Virus record (IMG/VR): IMGVR_UViG_3300020400_000001
Span: 1 to 58,929 of that record
Reading direction: 5' to 3' (one strand)
Origin: a virus
Taxonomy: Duplodnaviria > Caudoviricetes
DNA length: 58,929 bases
Shown here: positions 26,919-35,426 of the stretch, piece after piece
How positions within the stretch are numbered: the stretch's first letter is position 1
Layout: every line of letters starts with the position of its first letter
The notes under the pieces: generated by a model
What the model saw: only the letters and a program-made list of their open reading frames with translations
The model's database searches: none
What the model was told of the DNA's origin: nothing
Translations under genes and position numbers: made by a program

Positions 26919-29391
26919 TATCCTTAGCACTTTGAACCAACTCTTTGGCTATGTCAAGTCCTAATTTGTAATCCTCTCGCTTTTTGCTATCTGTACGCTC
27001 TTCAAGTTCTAGCAAATCTCTAGCAATATCCTGACCTATCTTAACGCCAGCAATTTGCTCTTGTGATGAAATCCTTTCTCTTTCTATTTCATCTCTATTT
27101 TCTGCTTTCTCTGCATCAAGTTGTAGCTTCGCAGAATCAACAGCAATCTTTCTTTGTACATCAGCTTCTTTAACTGCAATCTCTCTATCTTTCATTTGCA
27201 GTAATGGGTCTTGTTGTTGTTCTTGTATTCTAGCTTGTTGTTGTCTAGCTTGAGATGTAATTGCAACTCTTTGTGCAGCTTCAGCTACTAAGTCAGATAT
27301 TCTCTTTTCAACTTCAGGAGGTATAGGTTCTCCTTCAGGTGGAAGTGGTATACCCATTTCTTCTTCTACTTGTTTTCTAAACATCATAGTTAAATGCTCA
27401 TTCACATATGCACTTGCATTAGCAAGGATGGCATTTTGATTTGGACTTTCTTCAAGCTGTTCAAGTATGTCTGCATTTTGTTGTGCAGCCACAATAGTTT
27501 CAATATGAGCTTCATGGTCTTGAAAGCTAAATGCTTTCACAGGTTTTCCATTAATTAAATTCTGTACTGCAGTCACAGGGTCTACTGGTTTAATATCATC
27601 TGTGTCAGGAATAATATCTTCTACATTCCTTATGCCAAGCGTTTCCAGCATTTGTCTATGAAGCTCAGGCATATTATAAATCTGTGGTGCAGATGTAGCT
27701 AACTGCATTGCAGCTTGATACTGCATAATTCTTTGTGCCATTGTTGAAGCATTAGGGTCAGATACTGGTAATACATCAACTCGGTTATCAAAATCTTCTA
27801 CCTTAATAAATTCATCATCATCCATTTCATATGGATATGCAGGCTGGGTAAAGTCTCTAACAATGCCTACAAGGATTTCAAATTCTTTTCTCATGGAAGC
27901 GTGAAGTCTTGCTTGTACTGCTGACATAACTTTCATGTTTCTTTCTAGTAAAGCAAGGGTAGTTCCTACTGGTGCTTGGTTATTCATGTCAGATACTTTC
28001 ATATCATTCATGCTAGCAAAACGCCTACCTTCTTCCACAATGTTTTGTAATAGTTGATACAAAGTTCCTGATGGTTCTTTGTATGGTAAGAAGGTTATAT
28101 TATCTCTAATAGCACCACCGGGAACATCAACATCCCTGAACTCTCCGGGCATGATAGGAGTATCATCGCCTTTTATTCTAAGACCTCTAGCCTTAAGACC
28201 GCCCGGTAAGTTAGATAATGTTCCAGCATCTACAAGTTGTCTTAAGATTGAGGTTGCTGATTTAGCTAAACCACCAACCATATGTATCAAACCAAAACCA
28301 TAGAAACCAAGACCCGGCAGGTATTGATAGTGAACAAAGTGCATACGCCTAAGTTTCTTAGGGTCATCCTGAAAATAATTTCTTCTGATACTTAATACTT
28401 GACCGCTAGGAAAATCAATAGATACAACATAAGGCAAAGCAATCCCAGTTTGTTTGCCATCAACCATATCTTCATAACCTTCTAAATCAAGGTCTACCTG
28501 CATTTCTAAAATAGTATGCCTATCATCGTAGTTATAAGTTCTACTTTCGCCAGTCATCTCGTCATACTTCTTGCGTATATCTGACTGATTATCTGCTGGC
28601 TCAGGTATATCTATGTCTCGATAGAATCCAGCTACTTGCATCTTACGAACTTCGTTAGATGATTTGTGCATTACATGAGTTGCACGCTGACAAGTTTCTA
28701 AATCACTTGCACCATAATTAACTACAACATCTTCTGCTGGTACAAAGATAGAAGCAGGTCTTTCTAAGTTAGGGTCATAATAAACTTTTCTAAATGCAGA
28801 ACCTGCTAAAGGTAAAGAGAATAACATCTTCTCTGTTTCGGTTCGGTACTCTGACATCTCATGTGTCAAAAGATAATTAAGATAATCTTGAACTCGACCA
28901 GCTTGCTTTGTTTTATCTTCTGTAAGCTTACCAACAATCTTTGTTCTTACTGGTCCTTGTGCTGGAAACATCTCCGCAATAGATTGCGATTGAAACCTAA
29001 TAACTGCTTCACTTAGCATTGGATGAAATACACCACAAGCTCCTGCCCAAGGTGTAGTTCTTTCTTCAATCTTCAAACCTAGTTGGTCTAAACCTTTGAC
29101 ATAGCTTTCTTCCCATTCGGAACGAGAGTCTTTGTCTGCTTGATACTGACTAATTAAATCACCACCTAATTCATTCAGGGTTGATTCATCCATAAAGTCA
29201 GCAAGGTTTGAATCAAAGTCCTCAGCCATTATGTTTTGTTTATCAGGCTCAAAATCTATAATCATCCCTCCATCATCGGTAGCTATTGCTACCGAATCAG
29301 GATTATCTATGGAGATTGATAATTCTTCTTGCTCAGGCATTTCGTCTGTACCAGCTATGGGAGTTGCTGGGTTATCTCTTTCTATTGCCAC
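26908..29391 (-). CDS. Portal protein (P22-like)
   Basis: 827 aa after terL; SRSEWEE, HPMLSEAVIRFQ, GSAFRKVYYD, long C-terminal Q-rich coil; GTG start. Confidence 0.88.
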   Translation of the reverse strand: MAIERDNPATPIAGTDEMPEQEELSISIDNPDSVAIATDDGGMIIDFEPDKQNIMAEDFDSNLADFMDESTLNELGGDLISQYQADKDSRSEWEESYVKGLDQLGLKIEERTTPWAGACGVFHPMLSEAVIRFQSQSIAEMFPAQGPVRTKIVGKLTEDKTKQAGRVQDYLNYLLTHEMSEYRTETEKMLFSLPLAGSAFRKVYYDPNLERPASIFVPAEDVVVNYGASDLETCQRATHVMHKSSNEVRKMQVAGFYRDIDIPEPADNQSDIRKKYDEMTGESRTYNYDDRHTILEMQVDLDLEGYEDMVDGKQTGIALPYVVSIDFPSGQVLSIRRNYFQDDPKKLRRMHFVHYQYLPGLGFYGFGLIHMVGGLAKSATSILRQLVDAGTLSNLPGGLKARGLRIKGDDTPIMPGEFRDVDVPGGAIRDNITFLPYKEPSGTLYQLLQNIVEEGRRFASMNDMKVSDMNNQAPVGTTLALLERNMKVMSAVQARLHASMRKEFEILVGIVRDFTQPAYPYEMDDDEFIKVEDFDNRVDVLPVSDPNASTMAQRIMQYQAAMQLATSAPQIYNMPELHRQMLETLGIRNVEDIIPDTDDIKPVDPVTAVQNLINGKPVKAFSFQDHEAHIETIVAAQQNADILEQLEESPNQNAILANASAYVNEHLTMMFRKQVEEEMGIPLPPEGEPIPPEVEKRISDLVAEAAQRVAITSQARQQQARIQEQQQDPLLQMKDREIAVKEADVQRKIAVDSAKLQLDAEKAENRDEIERERISSQEQIAGVKIGQDIARDLLELEERTDSKKREDYKLGLDIAKELVQSAKDNGD

Positions 29392-29399
29392 TTAGTACC

Positions 29400-30896
29400 T
29401 CAGTAATAGTCTGCGACTTTATTATGTTCTAATGGTTCTTCTTCCTCGTCACTATCCAAAGGAATAAAACCACCTTGTCTAAATCTTAACAGAGCTTGCG
29501 TGCTGCTATCAACTAAATCATCATGTTCCATATTAGGAAATCCTGCAAACTCTTCGACAACTTCTTCTGCCCAACGAGTCTCAGGACACCATACTACTCC
29601 TGATGAAAATAAATCTGATACAGCATTTACTCTCGAAATCTTATCGTTACCTCTGCTTGGCGTGTACTCTTGTACTGGTATTCCTATAGCACGCAGTTCA
29701 AATATCAAAGGCATCCCTGCTGCTTTTGCCTCAACAATGAAAGCATCGGGTTTGAATTCTTTATACTTATCCATAGCTCTAACTTTTAGCTCTGGAAACT
29801 CTAGCCTATCTTTATAGGCATCTAGCAATATTACATTGGGTGCTAGCATCCCTTCATCGTTTTCTTTATAGAACACTCCCCATGTAGTACAAGCAGAATA
29901 GTCAGCACGCTGGTTTTTCATAAAGGCAGTATCCCAAGATTGTATTATAAACTCACAGTCTGGTGGATTTCTGCCTTCCCATGTTTTCCACCATTCCCTC
30001 TTAACCAAGGCACTCTCTTCTGCTGTAGGGTCTTGTTGATACTGTGCTTGCCATTTGCTATTAGGCAGTTCTGCTCTCAAAGCTTCTAATTCTGTAAGCG
30101 ACCAAAACTCTTCCCACAATGGATTACCTGAAGGCATGATGGCTGGGAGTTCTATTACTTCCCATTGGTCTGCACCACCTCGCTTTATGCTAGCATCTAT
30201 AACCTGACCAGTAAGGTCTCGCTGATGCCATCTTGTCATTACCACAACGATAGCACCATTCGGTTGCAAACGCTGTCTCGGTCCTGATGTATACCACTCG
30301 TAAGTTCTATTGAATACATTGACATCGCCACTCGCACCCTCTTGTTCTGAATGAGGGTCATCGATTATCAATAAGTCTGCACCTTTACCAGTAACCGCAC
30401 CGCCTACACCTATTGCAAAGTATTCGCCACCTTTGTTGGTATTCCAACGACCAGCAGCTTTGCTATCTGCTTGCAAACTGACATCAGGAAATATCTTCTT
30501 GTAGTCTTTGCTGTTCACAAGGTTTCTAACCTTCCTACCAAAGCCAACCGCTAATTCTGCAGTATGGGCAGTCTGGATTATCTTCTTATCAGGTGAACGC
30601 CCTAAGAACCACGCAGGAAGCAAATAAGAGGCGAACTCACTCTTGGTATGTCTAGGAGGCATATTAATAATTAAACGCTTTATCTCGCCTCTAGCGACCT
30701 TCTCGAAAGCCTCAGCCATTATCTCGTGATGTTTACCATGAATAAACGCTGACCACATCTCTTGTACAAAGTTTAGGTAGTTATCGTGGGATAACTCTCT
30801 CTGCTTCGCATCCTCGTATTCTTCAAGCAAATCCAATAGCTCTGCTTTCTGAGAATTACTAAGACTCCTTATCTGATTTAAAACATTTTGATTCAT
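29400..30896 (-). CDS. terL: Terminase large subunit
   Basis: INMPPRHTKSE (Walker A variant), LLIIDDPH, MTRWH, nuclease QSWDTA...HDDLVDS. Confidence 0.95.
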   Translation of the reverse strand: MNQNVLNQIRSLSNSQKAELLDLLEEYEDAKQRELSHDNYLNFVQEMWSAFIHGKHHEIMAEAFEKVARGEIKRLIINMPPRHTKSEFASYLLPAWFLGRSPDKKIIQTAHTAELAVGFGRKVRNLVNSKDYKKIFPDVSLQADSKAAGRWNTNKGGEYFAIGVGGAVTGKGADLLIIDDPHSEQEGASGDVNVFNRTYEWYTSGPRQRLQPNGAIVVVMTRWHQRDLTGQVIDASIKRGGADQWEVIELPAIMPSGNPLWEEFWSLTELEALRAELPNSKWQAQYQQDPTAEESALVKREWWKTWEGRNPPDCEFIIQSWDTAFMKNQRADYSACTTWGVFYKENDEGMLAPNVILLDAYKDRLEFPELKVRAMDKYKEFKPDAFIVEAKAAGMPLIFELRAIGIPVQEYTPSRGNDKISRVNAVSDLFSSGVVWCPETRWAEEVVEEFAGFPNMEHDDLVDSSTQALLRFRQGGFIPLDSDEEEEPLEHNKVADYY

Positions 30897-30985
30897 AGTA
30901 GGTACATACTAGATTAGTAGATACTAATTAAAAATTCTTTAGTGGGTATATAACTGAGTGGGTATATACTAAGTAGTAGGTATAT
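30897..30985. repeat. Four iteron-like AGTRGGTAYAT repeats
   Basis: Copies start at 30897, 30941, 30957, 30975. Confidence 0.6.
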
Positions 30986-31053
30986 CTACTGCTAGACTTT
31001 ACCATATTATAGGGTCTTAACATCAAAAGCAACATATAAATCAAAAAATATAC

Positions 31054-31225
31054 TATGGGGGGTGTAGGATTCCTACCCTGTTTCTACATTCGATTATATA
31101 TATGGATTAAAAAACGCTATCATTTTGCAATACAATAGGGGGGGGTACATGAAAACACAACATCAAATGTGTAAATCACTATGTATGTATGTTATGCAAG
31201 TACCTTGCTAGCGTATGGGGGGTGT
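31054..31225 (+). repeat. Phased G-tracts; TATGGGGGGTGT twice
   Basis: TATGGGGGGTGT at 31054 and 31214; G8 at 31138-31145. Confidence 0.7.
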
Positions 31226-31266
31226 GGGTCTTTTGATTTCCTGACTTTCTAAAATCAAAGGGCGGG

Positions 31267-31342
31267 TGGTTAATTTTTAACCATCTGTTTTGGCTGGCTG
31301 ATTTGAGTGGTTAATCTTTAACCATTGGTTAATCTTTAACCA
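31267..31342. promoter_or_regulatory. Three 17-bp palindromes TGGTTAA-N3-TTAACCA
   Basis: 31267-31283, 31308-31324, 31326-31342. Confidence 0.75.
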
Positions 31343-31821
31343 GTTGGGTCTGTCGTTGTCTCCTCTAATAGAGCGATAATCTTCTCCTCTATATCCGATG
31401 CTATCTCTTCGCTATCTCTACTCTCTTTCACTTCGACTGTGTCTGTGAACAATCCGATTGTCTTTCCTAAAAGTTCTAAACTTCTGACTCTGCTTGCATC
31501 GCTGTCCGCTTCCTTACTCTCTGCCATTAGCCTTTCAAGAACATACTCTCTCGTTCGGACAGAGGATGCTACTGAGGACTGCTCTACCTTCTGAATTGCT
31601 CTTTGTATGCTTAGTGCAATCTTAGGGTTCGCCAGAAGCTTGCTCGACTCTGTCTCTGTCCATTTAGGCGGAGTGCCATCCTTTTTCATTTTTACATCAT
31701 AGACCTCACAGTAAGCATCTTTATATGTGTGCTTTCCTTTTATGATTAGGTCTACAAATTTTCTCTGCTTCGGTGTTAGGTCTGTTTGGTTCGGTACGAT
31801 TTTTAAATTGGGTTTTTTCAT
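31336..31821 (-). CDS. terS: Terminase small subunit
   Basis: LTPKQRKFV...AY..Y...SKLLANPKI, REYVLERL, RSLELLGKTIGLFTD; upstream of terL. Confidence 0.88.
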   Translation of the reverse strand: MKKPNLKIVPNQTDLTPKQRKFVDLIIKGKHTYKDAYCEVYDVKMKKDGTPPKWTETESSKLLANPKIALSIQRAIQKVEQSSVASSVRTREYVLERLMAESKEADSDASRVRSLELLGKTIGLFTDTVEVKESRDSEEIASDIEEKIIALLEETTTDPTG

Positions 31822-31823
31822 GG

Positions 31824-31840
31824 TGGTTAAATTTTAACCA
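31824..31840. promoter_or_regulatory. Fourth TGGTTAA-N3-TTAACCA palindrome, at the terS translation start
   Basis: TGGTTAAATTTTAACCA, 2 bp from the terS ATG. Confidence 0.7.
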
Positions 31841-31903
31841 GTTGGAGAAAATATTCCTAGTCAGAGTTCCTCTGAAACTACTATCTTTTTGCTTACTAAA
31901 TGC

Positions 31904-31931
31904 TTGCTTGCACATATGAGAGGTATATAAT
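31904..31931 (+). promoter_or_regulatory. Putative sigma70 promoter of the early operon
   Basis: TTGCTT-16 bp-TATAAT, divergent from terS. Confidence 0.55.
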
Positions 31932-31937
31932 TAGACA

Positions 31938-32372
31938 TATGAAGAACAGATTTAAACAGACACGAAACAAGCGACACGATTTGTCGCTCTCTCGTGGACA
32001 AAATATGGAGGGTAGAAACAATAGACCAGTAAAGATTTTTATTTGACCGCTTGCGGAAAACACCTAGGGAAGGTGGCAAGCGTGGAGTCAATCCTTGGCT
32101 CTCTAACTCAGGAAGGAAAACTCGCAGACAGGCTGACGAGGCGTGAAAGTAAGGACACCTCTGACCGACAGCGAAACAAGACTATCACTTGTTAGCACGA
32201 AACAAGATGTCGCAAAATGTAAATGATGGTCACTAACGAGTGACGATTGGATAGACATAAAGTGACCTATCCGACTCTGAGATGAGAATAAAAAAACATT
32301 TATGTAAAACAAATTCCTTAAAGAAAATTTTTTGTGAGGGATGGCGCTTTGCTATCCCTCGCAATATCTGTC
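31938..32372 (+). ncRNA. Candidate ~435-nt structured leader/ncRNA ending at the hammerhead 1 cleavage site
   Basis: No credible plus-strand CDS; at least seven stems visible by eye. Confidence 0.5.
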
Positions 32373-32417
32373 GCAAGGTGTGTGCCTTGCCTGAAGAAGC
32401 GAAAGCAGAAACAGATA
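32365..32417 (+). ncRNA. Type III hammerhead ribozyme HH1
   Basis: TATCTG-TC^-GCAAGG tgtgtg CCTTGC-CTGAAGA-a GC gaaa GC a-GAAA-CAGATA; GUC cleavage after 32372; very short stem II. Confidence 0.85.
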
Positions 32418-32448
32418 CTTTTAACTTTTAATTTTGCAGAGGTGCATT

Positions 32449-32565
32449 ATGAAAAATTTCTATATCAGAAATATCAAGGTGAACAGAGATAGCAGAAAGC
32501 AATCTGTTCGTAAATTTAAAAACAGTTCTCGATACTGGGAAGCACAATCCAAGGAGGTGGTCTAA
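32449..32565 (+). CDS. Small basic protein (38 aa, not in ORF track), first gene after HH1
   Basis: GAGGTG RBS; MKNFYIRNIKVNRDSRKQSVRKFKNSSRYWEAQSKEVV; TAATG coupling to next gene. Confidence 0.7.
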   Translation: MKNFYIRNIKVNRDSRKQSVRKFKNSSRYWEAQSKEVV

Positions 32566-32843
32566 TGGCGGAACTACAAAAAAACATGCTGACTATAGAG
32601 GAACGAGACGAGTTGCAGAATAAACTCATAAGAGATATTCAGACAATACTCATGCAAGCACATATGCTAGAGAAATGGTCGGAGATACTAAAAAGACTCG
32701 ACACTCTAAGCTACGATGCTGTCTATGATTTGATGGATACTTTTCTAAAAACTTCTCGATACTCTGAGAGCGCTAAGTTAAAGACAGTAGATTTTCTTAC
32801 TGTCCTTGCGGAACGAATGAGTGAAGATGGGAGGTGGTCATAA
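32565..32843 (+). CDS. Hypothetical early protein
   Basis: GGAGGT RBS; 92 aa. Confidence 0.75.
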   Translation: MAELQKNMLTIEERDELQNKLIRDIQTILMQAHMLEKWSEILKRLDTLSYDAVYDLMDTFLKTSRYSESAKLKTVDFLTVLAERMSEDGRWS

Positions 32844-33100
32844 TGAAAGATTTTTATGTGACTAAAGAGACAGTCGAAGTTCTCGAGTATAGAGGTTTTC
32901 GTATCCGAAAAATAATTACTCGTTCTGAGAAGTTTGGAACAGAAGTTTTTTACCATGCAGAGTATAAGAGGGATAGCGAATGGCATAACGAATATTTGTT
33001 ACCGACTTATTCTTGTGTGCGTGACTGGATTGACGAGCAACACGAAAGCGAGGACTTTCAAGAATGGGAGAAGGAAGTTTGGAATAATCCGAATTTCTAA
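32843..33100 (+). CDS. Hypothetical early protein
   Basis: GGAGGT RBS and TAATG coupling give start 32843. Confidence 0.7.
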   Translation: MKDFYVTKETVEVLEYRGFRIRKIITRSEKFGTEVFYHAEYKRDSEWHNEYLLPTYSCVRDWIDEQHESEDFQEWEKEVWNNPNF

Positions 33101-33144
33101 TCCATTTGAGGAGAGGGTTGAGCAATCAATCCTCTCTCTCAAAA

Positions 33145-33202
33145 AACTGTCATCGAGGTGTGTGCCTCGGTCTGATGATGGAACAAAAGTTCCGAAACAG
33201 TT
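33145..33202 (+). ncRNA. Type III hammerhead ribozyme HH2
   Basis: AACTG-TC^-ATCGAGG tgtgtg CCTCGGT-CTGATGA-t-GGAAC aaaa GTTCC-GAAA-CAGTT; cleavage after 33151. Confidence 0.93.
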
Positions 33203-33234
33203 CTTTTAACTTTCACAATTTGCGGAGGTGCAAT

Positions 33235-34311
33235 ATGAGTGAAGAAAATAAAATGATGGAAGCCTCTCCATCTAAAGCTTTGAGGCTATTAAACAATGTC
33301 GTGAGTGCTGGAAAAGTTCCGATGCTCTTAGGCGGTGTTGGTGTTGGTAAATCTGCGATAGTAAATGAGTTCGCTCAGGTGCTAGCTGGAGATAGAAAAA
33401 TCGTTGAGACAATTAGACCTAAGAAAGACGAGTTCGGTTCGCTTGATTTTAGAGCGAGTCTGTATGAGACGATTGAGTTGGGTGGTCTACCTTTCATTGT
33501 AAATGGAGAACAGAAGAGAGCGTTTCTCGGAAATCTTCCAGTCAGTGGAGAGGGTCTACTTTTTATTGACGAGTTCGCTCAAGCGACTGCGGATATGCAG
33601 AAGCTTCTCGGACAGTTGGTTCATGAGAGAAGGCTGGGAGAATATGTCATGCCTGAAGGCTGGCATATTGTCATGGCTGGAAACAGAGCGAGTGATAGGT
33701 CAGGTGCTAACAAGATGCTTGCTCATATGACCAATAGGCTGGCTCTGATTAATTTCAAGCATGATGTTAATGACTGGCTCGTTTGGGGTTCTCAGGCTGG
33801 TGTTCATTCCTCTATCTTAGGGTTCATAAATTTTATGCCTAAGTTGTTATGGAAGTTCGATGCCAAGGATAGTAATCCTCAACCTTCTCCAAGAGCATGG
33901 TCGAGACTGTCTGACATCATGAAGGCAATGCCTGAGAGTGACAAAGACTTGATGCCTTTCCACGCTCAGAGCAATGTCGGTATCGAGGCTGGATTAGAAT
34001 TTATGAATTTCATAAATCTATCTCAGGATATTCCGAACCTTGCAGACATTGTCGATGGCAAGAAGGTCGATGTTCCTGAGACCATGGGTCTGCAATATGC
34101 GACAGCAGTTGCGTTGGTCTCTGCCATCCAAGATGCAGACGAGAAGTTGAAGCCTTCATACTTCGATAACTCTCTGAAATGGATTGATACTTTTCCATCG
34201 AAAGAGTTCGCTGTCTTTTTCATGAGAGCGGTGGTCGGTGTCTGCCCTGAGTTGAAAAACACCAGCACCTATTCAGTTTTCATTTCTGAAAATGACAAGG
34301 TGTTAATCTAA
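33235..34311 (+). CDS. AAA+ ATPase (MoxR/dynein-related)
   Basis: Walker A GGVGVGKS, Walker B LLFIDE, MAGNR, NR finger, PSPRAW; start reassigned to ATG 33235 (GGAGGTG RBS). Confidence 0.9.
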   Translation: MSEENKMMEASPSKALRLLNNVVSAGKVPMLLGGVGVGKSAIVNEFAQVLAGDRKIVETIRPKKDEFGSLDFRASLYETIELGGLPFIVNGEQKRAFLGNLPVSGEGLLFIDEFAQATADMQKLLGQLVHERRLGEYVMPEGWHIVMAGNRASDRSGANKMLAHMTNRLALINFKHDVNDWLVWGSQAGVHSSILGFINFMPKLLWKFDAKDSNPQPSPRAWSRLSDIMKAMPESDKDLMPFHAQSNVGIEAGLEFMNFINLSQDIPNLADIVDGKKVDVPETMGLQYATAVALVSAIQDADEKLKPSYFDNSLKWIDTFPSKEFAVFFMRAVVGVCPELKNTSTYSVFISENDKVLI

Positions 34312-34328
34312 ATCAGACTGGTGGGGGG

Positions 34329-34349
34329 AAATATTACTAGTCAATATTT
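34329..34349. promoter_or_regulatory. Representative copy of dispersed palindrome AAATATTAC-N2-GTAATATTT
   Basis: AAATATTACTAGTCAATATTT; 12 or more related copies in the genome (see findings). Confidence 0.6.
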
Positions 34350-34367
34350 CTCCCTACTCAGTTTCAG

Positions 34368-34422
34368 AAACTGTAATCGAGTGGGTACTCGGTCTGATGA
34401 TTGCAAAAGCATGAAACAGTTT
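34368..34422 (+). ncRNA. Type III hammerhead ribozyme HH3
   Basis: AAACTG-TA^-ATCGAG tgggta CTCGGT-CTGATGA-t TGC aaaa GCA t-GAAA-CAGTTT; GUA cleavage after 34375. Confidence 0.88.
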
Positions 34423-34460
34423 TTTTAACTTTCTTTAAATTAATTTTGCGGAGGTGCAAT

Positions 34461-35426
34461 ATGAAAAAGAAAATCAAAATAGATACTATCTTTCAAGATA
34501 CTTTTACGAAGGTCAGGTTTTATTCGTCTGCCATTAGTGGTATCAAAAAAGATAGCTTTGCGAGTGAGGAGTTAGCCAGCAATAAAAATGCTGTCGCTTC
34601 TCTCGTTGGTGTTAATAAAAAAATCTTCGGTAGAGATATTAATAAAGAGTTCCGAAAAATTCAGAATGAATTTAGAAAGAAGTATCTTTATAAATATACT
34701 CACGCTTGGCAAGATGGCGAGGGCATGGCATCTGAATGGAGGATAGTCTCCAATGAGAAGCTTGATACTTTGCTTAATGGTTACGAAGAGTATGAGGCTA
34801 AGTTCTCAGAGTTGGTCAATGAGATTAAGACTGATTATCTTAGACTCATCCAAGAGGGCATGGCTAAACTTGGTAAGCTTGCGAATGAGCAAGACTACAA
34901 AGAATGGCATCAAATTGAAAAGAAATTTGCTTTCAATATAACGACTGACTTTTTCAGTTCTTATGACACAAGCAATGACGAAAGAATTCATGCGGATGCT
35001 AAGAGGAGAAAAGCGATAGAGAACAATGTCGCTTCTCGTTATGAGTCTAACTTCAAAGTGCTAGCAGAGAAGATGAAAAAGGACTTGGAGGGTTCAATAA
35101 CTAACATCATCAATGCTCTAAAGAAAGATGGCTCAGGTAAATCCTTTTTCAAGGACAGCGTGTTTCAAGGTCTTAAAGACCAAATTGAAACTAACAGAGA
35201 CCTGAATAAAAAACTCTTTCAAAGCGAAGAGATTGACAAGGCTATTCAAGTTTGTGTCGAGTCTCTCGCTTCAGTAAATGACATCGACTCTCTGAGAGAC
35301 AAAGGCGATATTGGAAAAACCAAAAGAGCAAAAGTCACTCAGGACATGGAGAAGGCTAAGTCAATTCTTAATCAGAATACGCTTGGCAAAATCTTTTCAG
35401 GTGCTGGATTAGAGGAGGGCAAGTAA
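34461..35426 (+). CDS. Helical protein, DUF3150-like, partner of the AAA/VWA pair
   Basis: GVNKKIF, YTHAW...WRIV, MAKLGKLANEQDY pattern; position between AAA and DUF2201 genes; start reassigned to 34461. Confidence 0.55.
   Translation: MKKKIKIDTIFQDTFTKVRFYSSAISGIKKDSFASEELASNKNAVASLVGVNKKIFGRDINKEFRKIQNEFRKKYLYKYTHAWQDGEGMASEWRIVSNEKLDTLLNGYEEYEAKFSELVNEIKTDYLRLIQEGMAKLGKLANEQDYKEWHQIEKKFAFNITTDFFSSYDTSNDERIHADAKRRKAIENNVASRYESNFKVLAEKMKKDLEGSITNIINALKKDGSGKSFFKDSVFQGLKDQIETNRDLNKKLFQSEEIDKAIQVCVESLASVNDIDSLRDKGDIGKTKRAKVTQDMEKAKSILNQNTLGKIFSGAGLEEGK

Noticed and set aside
32133-32196. CTGACGAG...CGAAAC...GTT, a possible fifth (type I) hammerhead
   Set aside because: No stem I can form around the putative cleavage site; GCTGACGAG pairs better with CTTGTTAGC as an ordinary stem
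31721-32312. Short minus-strand ORFs 31721, 31861, 32103
   Set aside because: Non-ATG or unsupported starts, atypical composition, overlap promoter and structured RNA
33106-33234. ORF-track N-terminal extensions at 33106, 34401 and 37133
   Set aside because: They run through the ribozymes; strong RBS-ATG pairs lie at 33235, 34461 and 37187
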